DNA of 63,769 nucleotides, counting the filler, from an uncultured bacterium (GTDB taxonomy: Bacteria > Auribacterota > CAZIXI01): assembly GCA_964543115.1 (NCBI GenBank). It is 4 parts of 4 records of this genome, joined end to end, with 100 filler letters (N's around TTAATTAATTAA, not from the genome) between each part and the next. Parts side by side here need not be neighbours in the genome. Positions count along the whole stretch, not along the records: positions 16,988 to 32,849 come from CAZIXI010000054.1; positions 32,950 to 48,592 come from CAZIXI010000055.1; 2 more parts are not named here. One strand, 5' to 3'. Positions within the stretch are counted from its first letter, which is position 1. Each line of letters opens with the position of its first letter. Under the pieces are notes generated by a model. It saw only the letters and a list, made by a program, of their open reading frames with translations, did not search any database and was not told the DNA's origin. The position numbers and the translations under genes were made by a program. Shown in pieces: positions 32,795 through 43,600 of the stretch.

Positions 32795-32849
32795 GTCGCT
32801 AGTCGCTAGTCGCTAGTCGCTAGTCGCTAGTCGCTAGTCGCTAGTCGCT
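32795..32849. repeat. (GTCGCTA)n heptamer tandem repeat, about 8 copies, running into the contig end
   Basis: Direct reading; probably caused the assembly break. Confidence 0.95.
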
Positions 32850-32949
32850 NNNNNNNNNNNNNNNNNNNNNNNNNNNNNNNNNNNNNNNNNNNNTTAATTA
32901 ATTAANNNNNNNNNNNNNNNNNNNNNNNNNNNNNNNNNNNNNNNNNNNN
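32850..32949. other. Artificial contig spacer
   Basis: 44N-TTAATTAATTAA(32894-905)-44N. Confidence 0.97.
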
Positions 32950-34969
32950 TTTTTACTATTTCTCTTACTACCGGTGAGGCATTGTAAAAATTAACCTTCC
33001 GAAGAAATTCCTTTAATTCTTCGCGATTTTCCCTTTCAGGCAAGGCATCATGCATAGCAGCCCTTACCTTTTCTTTCGCGGCCTCAGAACCGCACCAGAT
33101 TGACAAACGTTTTTTGTAAAAATCTTCATCCGGTTCTTCTGCATGAGCCGCTAAGGCATCTACACTGATTGCACCTTCTTCTGCTGTTCGTTCCACTATT
33201 CCGCTAATCAATACATCGTCCAAACTGACCACAGAAGCCTTATTTCTCGCATAAATAACAGTAAATATATTAATTAACTTCAGCAAAGTATCTTTATCTT
33301 CAGCATTAAGGCCTTCGACGTCTTTTATCTTCAATAATACATCCAGCGTTCTTTCTCCCATCAGCACACCACGCATATCGCCAAAACGATATGCAAGTTC
33401 ACTGCCAAGTTTAATCAGACGATTGCGTTCTCTTCCGTCAGCTATATGCCCCATCTTCTCGTAATAATCAGTAAAATATATTTCTACGGCATTTCTGCCG
33501 ACTGAATAATAATTCCCATAATTTGGATCCATCGCTTTTCCAATCTGATGAAACATTACAACCAGCCACAACAATTCACTTAATTTTGGATCAGCAAACA
33601 CATCTTTAACCATTTCGTAAAATCTTCTGAAATTGGAAGCATACGTAAACTCAGCAAAATGCTGCAATTCCCCTTTTTCAAAATGCTGCAAAGAAGCACA
33701 CACCCGCAGGGTATATTCCCAGAGATCTATTTCCTGATCACGGCCTTTATCAACAGCAGGTATCTTCAATTCCTTTAATTCCGCATATCCCGGCGCGAGA
33801 AATGAATTGATATAATCTTCCATCTCCCTATCTCTTAATACTTCAGCTTTATCGCAGGCATCATCCTTAAATATCGATCCTAGTAAGTTCCAGGTTATCC
33901 AGGAACTCACATACTCATATAATTCTTCACCCCATTCCTGATTAGTGACCATTAACTCATCACTATAGAAATAGTATATATATGCATCTAAAATACTTAT
34001 ACTCATACCGCTAATATTAACCATTCCATAAGCCATTTCTCTTTCTGCCAGGGCTTGCGGCGTAGACTCAGTAGCTGAGAGCTGATAGAATTCATGATCT
34101 ATTAAACTTCTGACAATAACATCTGCCTGGCACTCTTCCAACTGTTTAATAAAATCCTCATGAAAATATATTTCCCACTGATCAGAACCTTCTATTTTTC
34201 TGCTATAAACCGGAAATACGCGAATCTTTTCTCCAACTTTAGTCTTCATTGGTTCAGTAGTATATCTAAATTTAACCTTACCTGCTAAATCTTGATAGTA
34301 ATCTTTTATTAATTGCATTGCTGTATCATATAAGCAGCCTTCCTCTATATCTATCAGCTGGCGTCTGGCTAACAATTCTTCTACTACCCTTTTCTCTTCT
34401 GCCGTCACTGGACCATTATTTAAGGCAAGCGATTTAGCTATGCCTCCGCGGTGCAGGTGCGGCAAATTAAGGGTTAATATATACCGTTGCAAATATTTCG
34501 GCACATCGATTAGTTCATGGACAAAAGTTTCAGCACCAAACATATTTGTTGTAGTTTGCCTTACATGACTAGAAAGAATATTACTGTATAAAGGATCCGG
34601 AGATTCTCCTGGCCTGCTATATCTGTGGGCAATCATTCTGCCAGTTGCTTTATCATAATAAAATCTATACAAGGCCCGGTTGCGCGGATCTTTTTCACTA
34701 TGTAAGACACCATAGGAAAATGCCGGTGCAGTCACATCCTGTAAAGCTCTCTGGGCGGCATCGGCATTAGCCAACAATGCTTTTAAGATTGCTCGCGAAA
34801 CGTATTCTTCAACAGCCGCGGCTCTGATTCCAGACATAAATGTGCCCGCCGCTAATTTGTCTTGCGAAATAATTTCCATGCAGTGTGCTCCACTTCCGAC
34901 ATTAGACAAAAAGAAGATACTGAGAATAAAAGCAGTAATAATCTTTTTAGCACATTTCAATTTAATCAT
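32950..34969 (-). CDS. Large exported-type protein, 3'-truncated; degenerate zincin-like and HD-like segments
   Basis: GGAGG RBS; MIKLKCAKKIITAFILSIFFLSN signal-like; LIDHEFYQL; VVMFHQIGK. Confidence 0.75.
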
Positions 34970-34992
34970 CTTAAACCTCCATTTGCCATACT

Positions 34993-37900
34993 TTAAGCTG
35001 CTTGTTCCAGTTGGATCATTGCCATACGTAAGGTATTTAGCTCTGTTGTTAACGACACAACGGTCCAGGGCTGCCTGAATAGATTGTGCAAATCTGCAAC
35101 AGTCAATTCTTCTTTATCTAAGACAACTTTACACAATTCATTGATTATTCCCCTGGCCATTTCATCCCTTATTTCACTTAGCTTACCACCGGCCACGACC
35201 AGCTGAGCGGCAAGCAATATAGAACCGCTTGTATAGAGAGCGGGGAAATATAGCATGCTAGTATTCTGGGCTATACCATTTACATCCCCCAAGTCAACAA
35301 GACTAATAACCCTTGGGTTCTCTTCGGAAAAAACTTCAGCAGGAATACCACCAATATCGTAAACAACATTAAACACAGATTCTTCTTCTCCATTCCTTAT
35401 TTCCAGTAAAGCATTTATTTCATCTTGGACAACATCCGCATTCTCAATTGCAGAATCAACAGCGTCAACCCGCTCTTTGTTCAAAAGAATCCAGTACTTT
35501 TTCTCTCCGGCATCCTGCCCGACATTTGACAAGCTATCCCTGATCGCGGTTTTCGCCCAAACAGCCTTGGCCATTGTCACCACCAGCTTCTGCAGGCGCC
35601 TGCTGAATACCTCCAGTCCAGAGGCAATCCGGCGTTTACCGCTAAACGTCTTCACTACCTTTATGTTAACCTCAACTTCTTCCAGTGTTCTTTCTAGCGT
35701 CATTTCCAGCTTTACCTTCGATGCGTTATCTTTCCTCATTATGCTGTTAAAGACACCCAGTACAGCAAGATATCTGGCCCTTACATCTTCTACCCCAGGA
35801 ACAACAGCAAGCCACTCTTTTGCTAAAGGAAGTTCATCGAACAATCTTCTATAATGCGGCGTCCTTCTCATATATTCTATTGCCACCAGCATAATCCGGT
35901 TATCTCCGTGAGAACTCACACCCTGTTCCGTTAATACCTGCAGCGCCTGAAAAAACTGCAAATCTGCATCCAGTTCCTGCAAACCAGCAAAAAAACCTTT
36001 ATTTAAATCAAGTTCATTTCTCTTTATAAGCTCTAAGGCAAACTTAAGGCTCATTACATTTGCCGTAAGCTCCCTTATTCCTTCACTTTGATAAGGAACA
36101 AGCGTCATGATTGCCTCTTTCAGTTCATGCTCTAATACAATATGCAATAACTGTTCATTGTCTAACACATCTACATCCAGAAGCAGCACACTTCTATTGC
36201 CGGATTCCCTTATAATTTTTGCATATGGTACAATCCCATTCTGTCCATCTGTAATCATACGCGCATCAATGTTATCAACAATCCTAACTGCATCAACTAC
36301 TGCCATTATCCCGGGTCCGCACAACTCAACCAATTCAGCAATACGCTTCCTCAACAATGGCAGTTTCTGTGATATCTTTGCATATTTACTATGTTCAGTG
36401 CCTGTAAGCTTTCTTCCTCTTTGTGCCAATCCGGCATCTTTTACTCCTATCTCCCATAGTTCCGCATATTCAGCTCCACCTTCAACCTTCTTGCCAACCG
36501 GCCCAGCCTGTGGTCTGTAACCCTCTCTTAAATCCCAAATTTTCTTCCCTATCCTCCTGGGCTTAAGCTGTCCGGCAACGCTATTATGCGCGGCATCAAG
36601 CCAGCTAAAGGCACGCAATTCATGCCCGTCCTTTTTAGCATTGGCAAAAAGCACACTAATCGGCGGTTTAACTTCCAGCACAGCTTTTCTTTTAGCCTTT
36701 GACAAGAAAAATCTCAAGTCTCCTATCACATCTTTAAAAACTTCATAATCATTAAAATCCTCCATTCTGCGCACCAAATACCCAAGCTGGATACACCCCC
36801 GAAAACTCCCGGAATCCCTCATCCCCGTTTCTCTTCTAATCCTGTCTCTGATTTTTGTTACTATTTCCAGATCTTCTACTGTTTCAGGCAAAACACTCAA
36901 GGCCAGTACCTGTCTGCGGCCGCCATTCAGATAAGGATCAGCAGGAATAAAAGAAATCTTGTATGGTTTAAAAACAGGTTTTTTCGCAGCAGAAAACTCC
37001 TTTAAAGCAGCAATAATCTTTTCGGCAAGAACTTCATACATAGCCTGCGCCAAAGCATCTTCTTCTGTTAAGCCATAGAATGTTTCTATGTCCCTCTTTT
37101 TTGCGTCTACCTCTTGCTTCGCTTCATCAAAGAGCTCATTTTCATAAACATAGCGCAGATTGGATATGTTAACACCCGTAAAAACAGAAAGGTAATTGCT
37201 AACATTATCCCCATAGGCAATAAACGGATTTCCTGCTTTTTCCCACTCAGAAGCTCTTCCTCTTAAACCTCCTAATAAATTAGAAGGATCATCTATTTCA
37301 GAAAGAACCGAGACCTGTTCAAAACGTCTCGGCTGACAATCAGCATCATATTCAGGACAGGGATTTTCGGTTACCGGGATTATGATGTCCTTCACTTCTT
37401 CATTGTTCTCCGGTTCTTTTATTTTTTCTACCGCTATACTGTCTGCCTCCAGCCGATAAACACTCAAGACTGCCATTACCAAAACATCAGGCACCTTGGT
37501 TTTCGCAGCCTTTAATTTAGATATCTGTCTTGCTAAATTACCGGAGCCCAATTTGTCTTCACGATACTCTTCTTCAATATTAAACGCATAAACATCATCA
37601 TTGTTTATAACTATACACATATTACTGAGAGACAATGTTCCGTCTGCTCTATTTAGTTCAATGCCGAATTCTTCAATTAGCCAATGACTGTAATCATGCA
37701 GTTTCACCATCTGTCCAGACAAATTAATAATGCCAACCTTACCCTTTATCTTTGTCTTACTTAAATCTACTGAATCCCCTAATATTTCTATATCTGCACC
37801 TACTGTCTTTCCCTTATCCTCTTTATCTATATATCCAAATTCACAATCATCCAGAACAGACAATTCCGCCAACCCTTCACTGCCATATCTATGGGCAATT

Positions 37901-40647
37901 GATACTTTTTGGATTAATTGAGTATTTCTTAAAAAAACAGGCCGGCCGCTAATCTTTAGTGACTCTAATTGACTAACATCCATTTCTGCAAATGCATCAA
38001 TTAGATTTTGCACATCTGCATAAAACTCTGCTTGCAAAACAAATTCCGGCAAAGGTCTATCTCTGTGTTGGTCCTCTAACTTCATATATTCCAATAAAGA
38101 CCTAAACCGCTTGCTATAAAAGAGATACCAGAAATCTACCGCAGATTTAAGCGGGGTAAAAAATCTGTTTCGATTACCAGCTCTAACATTTACAATCCTG
38201 AGGAATTTATCTATTCCGTGTTCATCTTTTAACGCCTGAACTCTCGGATCTTCTTTTGCCATTAAATCTACGTATCCGGCAATGGCCAAAAGTACTGAAC
38301 CCATTGCTCCCTCTAACTGATAAAACTTCTTGCCGTCTTTTTCTTTCTGATTTTTAATTAATACCGGAGACATTGCCTGCATAAATTCATCTATGCCAAT
38401 TATCTCGATAAGAGCATTAAGAAAAGGCTGTAAAATAGATATATTTTGCAGCGCAGTATTTGTATTAAAATATTGTCTTTTCTTCTCGCCCTTTACTAAT
38501 CCCATGTCACGAAAAACATCTTCCTGTTCTGCTAGTTTTGCCTGCGCAAGTTCAAGTAATTGCACCCGGTAATTCCCATTATCATCAACTATCTCCAGCC
38601 CAATCAATCCCCCCTTTGCATCTAAACGGGTTTTTTCTGTTGTCACCATAACCAGCGGAACTCTTTCTTCAGCCATCCAGCCGACAATTGTCGGGTCAAC
38701 ACCATTATTAATTCCATCACCATTATAGATAGCACGGATAACAGTCTCTCCTTCCGCTATCGGCTCCCTTCTAGCACCCAGCATCGCAAACACTGCCCTT
38801 AAGCCATGATTGCCGTGCCCCTCATTTTCCATTGTCAATACATCTTCTGCCTCAGCAATAGCCGGCACCCTTATTCCCATCTGCACACCATTATTCTCCT
38901 GCCATCTTAGTGTTATATTTACTAGATCTGATTCCAATATTTCCCTATATGTTCTTACTCCCGCAAGCCCAGCTGGACATTTTCTTTCGAGTATCTTGCT
39001 AAAATCAATTGGACATGTTTTTTCCAAAGTTGCCCAAAAACACTTTGCTGATTCTTCACTGCCGCATATTCCATATTCTACTGCCTGATAATCCCCGCGC
39101 ATTGCCTCAATAATTGCCCTGATAAGTTTTGCCTCCATTATGCTTATCCAGTGCTTCTGGCCATCTATTTCTATCTCAAAACCCATATCAGAATCCTTTG
39201 ATCCTAGTTCTTTATCAGACAATATTCCTAACTCTTGCAGTTCTTCATCAGTTGTTGTCTGGTCATATTGACTTGCCCGCGCCGGATCTCTTCTTTTCAG
39301 CAAATACCTTCTTCTCTTAACAGCTCCCCCTACACCGCCTGAATTCAGTGTTTTGATCAATTTTACGCTCCGTGCTATTCTTCCATAGCGATCACCATCT
39401 ACCTTTATTGTGCTATAATCCATGGCACCGATATCGTCCTTTCTTCCTTTATCTCCGCAGACTGCTGAAGCCACGAAGTCTCCGGCACGATATTCAGTCA
39501 AGGGCTTACGTTCCTTGACAATATTTAAATCCTGCACCCTTTGATCTTTATACAACAAGTAAAGCATCAAAAAATATTTTTTCCTTCTTTCGCTGTGTCC
39601 GAGAAAACCGGCAAATATATCCACTGTCTCCTTTTCAGTTAAATCCATTAAGCGCGCAAATGTTCCGGTAACATATCCTATAAGAATCTCTTCTGTCTTC
39701 AAATCAAGAGCTGTCTGCGTTCCTACTTCACCCATAATCTTCAGCGGCCGGCCAAAGAAATATCTCTCCATAAAATCACGAATTACCATCTCTTGTATAA
39801 GTTCAATCTCTGACATCTGTGATTTGTCATAACCGTATTTCCTACAAAATCCAGCTAAAAGATTTTTAACTTCCACTTCAACCTCCAGAGAATTCTCTTC
39901 ATAGTGCTCTTTCAATCTTGTCAAGATGGAGGCAAAATCTATCTCCTGGGCAGCAATTCTTGCCTTAAGCTTTCGATAAAAAGGTTCTACCCCCTGTTGC
40001 ATTAAACTTTTCAGAGCAGTTACAACTTGAACAGTATCAGCTGTTATCCTATAGATCTGTCTGGCAAAATTGCCAACCTCTGTCTGTAAGACTGGGGGCA
40101 TTTCTCCATCTGAAAGCTCACCGTATCCTCTTATAACAGTTAAAAATTCATCCGTAAAATCCTCTCCGGCTGGTACGTATCTTATAAATATTTCCCCTTC
40201 GATAAATACATAAACCGCTACCTTTGCCGGCTCATCTTCCGTTGCAGACACAAGCCACATTACATCATCTTCAATTCCAGTTCGCTTGATTTGAGAGCAA
40301 TAATCAGCCCTCATTTGATCTACAAAATCAAACAAGGTATCCTGATCTACTATTTCATGCTTGGCCACAACCCCAAATGCCGCATCAGCCCTGCCGATTA
40401 TACTCACCGCCCGCGCAATTTCAGCATACTGGTTAGCAGCAGCCAGTTTATAATTTTCCCCTATAGCAGTCCCCCGATGAACATCGGGGGGCAGTTTATA
40501 ACATTCCTCTATAGCAGTCCCCAGCGGAGCTGGGGACTGTTTATCTGCAGGCAGAATCTGTCCAGCCCGGCTGCTGAAACTAGTTAGCAGAAAACTAACA
40601 CAAACAATGATAGAAATAATCTTTTTGAAATGCCTTAAGTTAATCAT
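34993..40647 (-). CDS. Giant (1884 aa) protein with signal peptide and eukaryote-type UDP-glucose pyrophosphorylase (UDPGP) domain
   Basis: Start at ATG 40647 after AAGGAG; TLNSGGVGG, NEGHGNHG, YNGDG, TTEKTRLDAKGG, LLELAQ, YFNTNT, QLEGAMGS, RFFTPLKSAVD then beta-helix-like segment; HELKE. Confidence 0.82.
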   Translation of the reverse strand: MINLRHFKKIISIIVCVSFLLTSFSSRAGQILPADKQSPAPLGTAIEECYKLPPDVHRGTAIGENYKLAAANQYAEIARAVSIIGRADAAFGVVAKHEIVDQDTLFDFVDQMRADYCSQIKRTGIEDDVMWLVSATEDEPAKVAVYVFIEGEIFIRYVPAGEDFTDEFLTVIRGYGELSDGEMPPVLQTEVGNFARQIYRITADTVQVVTALKSLMQQGVEPFYRKLKARIAAQEIDFASILTRLKEHYEENSLEVEVEVKNLLAGFCRKYGYDKSQMSEIELIQEMVIRDFMERYFFGRPLKIMGEVGTQTALDLKTEEILIGYVTGTFARLMDLTEKETVDIFAGFLGHSERRKKYFLMLYLLYKDQRVQDLNIVKERKPLTEYRAGDFVASAVCGDKGRKDDIGAMDYSTIKVDGDRYGRIARSVKLIKTLNSGGVGGAVKRRRYLLKRRDPARASQYDQTTTDEELQELGILSDKELGSKDSDMGFEIEIDGQKHWISIMEAKLIRAIIEAMRGDYQAVEYGICGSEESAKCFWATLEKTCPIDFSKILERKCPAGLAGVRTYREILESDLVNITLRWQENNGVQMGIRVPAIAEAEDVLTMENEGHGNHGLRAVFAMLGARREPIAEGETVIRAIYNGDGINNGVDPTIVGWMAEERVPLVMVTTEKTRLDAKGGLIGLEIVDDNGNYRVQLLELAQAKLAEQEDVFRDMGLVKGEKKRQYFNTNTALQNISILQPFLNALIEIIGIDEFMQAMSPVLIKNQKEKDGKKFYQLEGAMGSVLLAIAGYVDLMAKEDPRVQALKDEHGIDKFLRIVNVRAGNRNRFFTPLKSAVDFWYLFYSKRFRSLLEYMKLEDQHRDRPLPEFVLQAEFYADVQNLIDAFAEMDVSQLESLKISGRPVFLRNTQLIQKVSIAHRYGSEGLAELSVLDDCEFGYIDKEDKGKTVGADIEILGDSVDLSKTKIKGKVGIINLSGQMVKLHDYSHWLIEEFGIELNRADGTLSLSNMCIVINNDDVYAFNIEEEYREDKLGSGNLARQISKLKAAKTKVPDVLVMAVLSVYRLEADSIAVEKIKEPENNEEVKDIIIPVTENPCPEYDADCQPRRFEQVSVLSEIDDPSNLLGGLRGRASEWEKAGNPFIAYGDNVSNYLSVFTGVNISNLRYVYENELFDEAKQEVDAKKRDIETFYGLTEEDALAQAMYEVLAEKIIAALKEFSAAKKPVFKPYKISFIPADPYLNGGRRQVLALSVLPETVEDLEIVTKIRDRIRRETGMRDSGSFRGCIQLGYLVRRMEDFNDYEVFKDVIGDLRFFLSKAKRKAVLEVKPPISVLFANAKKDGHELRAFSWLDAAHNSVAGQLKPRRIGKKIWDLREGYRPQAGPVGKKVEGGAEYAELWEIGVKDAGLAQRGRKLTGTEHSKYAKISQKLPLLRKRIAELVELCGPGIMAVVDAVRIVDNIDARMITDGQNGIVPYAKIIRESGNRSVLLLDVDVLDNEQLLHIVLEHELKEAIMTLVPYQSEGIRELTANVMSLKFALELIKRNELDLNKGFFAGLQELDADLQFFQALQVLTEQGVSSHGDNRIMLVAIEYMRRTPHYRRLFDELPLAKEWLAVVPGVEDVRARYLAVLGVFNSIMRKDNASKVKLEMTLERTLEEVEVNIKVVKTFSGKRRIASGLEVFSRRLQKLVVTMAKAVWAKTAIRDSLSNVGQDAGEKKYWILLNKERVDAVDSAIENADVVQDEINALLEIRNGEEESVFNVVYDIGGIPAEVFSEENPRVISLVDLGDVNGIAQNTSMLYFPALYTSGSILLAAQLVVAGGKLSEIRDEMARGIINELCKVVLDKEELTVADLHNLFRQPWTVVSLTTELNTLRMAMIQLEQAA
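40444..40539. repeat. In-frame 48-bp-period duplication with two perfect hairpins
   Basis: 31-bp copies at 40444-74 and 40492-522 (28/31 identical); hairpins CCCCCGATG-AA-CATCGGGGG (40471-90) and CAGTCCCCAGC-GGA-GCTGGGGACTG (40515-39). Confidence 0.85.
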
Positions 40648-40666
40648 GATTTTATCTCCTTTAATC

Positions 40667-43600
40667 TTACGCAGCTCGCTCGATTTCAACAATTGCACTT
40701 AACTCATAACGTGCAGGCACAAATTTTTCTTCTCTAATTTCACTGCGCTTTATAACTTCTCGGTTAATTCCTGCTTCAGCTAAGTGCTGTTTTACATCCT
40801 GCGGCAGTTCAGCATAAACCGCAAGCAAGGCCGTAACAGTTAACGAATTATGATTTAGCACAACATAATGGAATCCCGCCACCGCCTTGCGCCAGTTGCC
40901 ATTTGCAATATTCTCTAAGGAAGCTAGGACAGATACATTCTGTATATTTACAGGTTTCTCTGCCCTGCTGATCTTAGCTAAAACAGCCTGTTCAGCTGGT
41001 TTTTCACCAATCTCATCCGCCCTAACCACTGTTACTTTGCCTTCATCTATTAGTCGCAATACTCCTTCAGCTTCTTTATCAAAGGCAACAACAGCAACAA
41101 GATTATTTTCATCGGCTGTCAATATCTCGAAAACTTCACTCAGTTCCTCTTCTCTCATATTAATCAGGGCCTGGGCATCAACTATAGTTAGCTTCATCCC
41201 TGCTGTTGCCTCTTGACCAGTAACAAGCTCTAATTCCGTTAAGGCTTTTTCTTCAGCCTCTCTGATCGCTCTGGCATGCTGCAGTATCGGATCTAATCTC
41301 TGTTTTTCGATACTCTGCCAGGCTATTTCTTCTTGAATAATCTTTTCTATTCCTTTGCCTTTTGCTAACAAATGAATCAATATTTCTTCGGCAGATTTAT
41401 CACTTTCCTTAGCCAAACGAATAAGCTCCTTAATTACATCATCTGCGTCCAGCTCCGCTTCTAAGGGAATACTTGGCAATGAAGCTTTATCTACTTTCTT
41501 TTCCCGCAAAAATTCTAATACCTTACCAACTGTTTCTCTAATCTTCGGAAAACCGCCTCTAAACCTCTGTTTTTCATATTTCAACTCATACCCGGCAACG
41601 CCTTTTGACTGCATAAGCACATTGCTTAAAGAAATAGCAGGCATTACACTGAAATGATCAATATAATTTGAGGCATGGCCAAACCACTCTTTAGCTAACC
41701 CAGCCTCCTCGCCATAGGCAGACAAGGAAAGAAAATCTATCCAGAAATATAGATCCGCATCCAGCTGCAAGGGCATGGATACCGGCAGACCGGTAGCGGT
41801 AACCGGTGTACCTTTAGAAAGAAGTTCGCGATATGATGTAATTCCTTGATCAAATGTAAGGACAAAACCTCCATTTAAGGCCCTTGATACGTTATTTACC
41901 CAATCCACCATCTCCAGACATACCGAAACCTCTCTTCCCAGATCAATATAGCTTCCTTCGGCAGTAAAAATTGCCTGCATATATGCTTTAATTCTGGGAT
42001 CAGAAACATCATCTCTTACTTCATAAAAATTTCCCTTGTCAGAATCATAACCTACATATATCTCCCTCAGCTCCTTCCCTTCACAAACAACCCTATGGGT
42101 ATTAAATGTATCTATTAAATCACTCGAAAAGAATACACCTGTGATTTCAGCCTCATCAAACACCTCGCCTTTGACCGATTCCATCCTCCACTCCACTCCG
42201 GGATTTTCAACAGAAATCCTCGCCCTTTGTGTTTCAACCATTTCCGCTGAATTCTCAACAATAATGTAGTGGATATGAGGATAAAATTCCGGCAGGTACT
42301 CCCTAATATAATTAAGAATATTTAAACAGAGTCTGCCGTCTCCCGCATTCATATCAACAATATCAAATCGTTCAGGCCTATCCATCTTCTCCCACATAAG
42401 ATAAAACTGCCTTGCCAACCCGACGGCAAAACCAGGATTCGCTGCATCACTACCTGCTGCCACCGGCCGACTATATTCCCGTACAATTCTCATAAACTCT
42501 GCGTAGGTAATCTTTCCGCCGCTATCTTCGATGGCATATTGTATTTTAGTTTTTACATTATCAGCCTTCTGTCTTTCAGGTCTGGTAAAAGATATGTCAC
42601 CTTTATCCAATCTGATAAACAATCTTGTTCCCTCTTTTTCCAGCACCGGACCCTGATAAATATTTCTCCCGCTTGCATCAACAAAATATATCCTGCCAGA
42701 AAGGGCCTCATACCTTATTCTCCTGGCAGCTTTTAACGCCTCATGTAAATTAAGTATATAGTTCGCAATATCTTCCCTTTTCGCGGAAAGAACATTTCGC
42801 TCTTCATCAGTAAAAAACACCTCATCACAAATCATTCCGTATTCTGCTGTCGTCGCTGCCTTCACGACAAATGTTAACAGTTTTACGGCCTGCGGATTAA
42901 TTGTATAATCATCCTGAATATCTTCTGCCCGGCTGAACATAGTGCGCCTCATTTCCGGCACATCTTTTTCATAATCCAGCCAACTTAGCCAGGCAAAGGG
43001 ATAATCAAAATGCCGGCAGCTAATACCATCAAACTCAGCTGTCACCAAACTCCAATCTTCACGGCTAATCTCTCTGCTGGCCACCAATTGCTTTTTGGCT
43101 TTCTTAATTTTATTTGCATAGAATTTATACTCTTTACTGTTGGCAACACCTTGGGCGGCACACTTAATCCTTCTGTCAACATTCTTATCAACAAGAGCAG
43201 TTAACAAGGAAATCCGAGCTGTAGTCAGCTGTGCGGACCTGAATTTTAATCCCTTAATAGTTTCCTCAAAATCATATCCCTTCTTTTCCGCAATCTCCAT
43301 CACCTCAGCTATTATCCCCAGCAGGAATTCTGCCTTCGGGTTAGTCAAATAGCCCACCTTATTATCCCCAGAAACATAACCAGCCATATCCAGCGCACTT
43401 ATTAAAACAATCCCCTCCAACAATTCCCTTAACTTTTCCGGAGAAATCTTCCCTTCATCATCAGCCAAATATCTTCTGGCACGTTTTTCAACTAACAGCT
43501 CATTTATCTTGCTAAACGGATTTTCACCTGTATTCATTAAGCCTAAATGCGTATGAAACAGCACAATCAAACCTATTTTCCGCATGGCGGCAGAACTAAT

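Noticed and set aside
40444..40522. Mini CRISPR array
   Set aside because: Only two repeats with a 17-nt spacer, in frame in a CDS, and no cas genes.
40515..40539. DGR target hairpin (GGA loop)
   Set aside because: No reverse transcriptase or adenine-specific TR/VR pair in the window, and the site is N-terminal.
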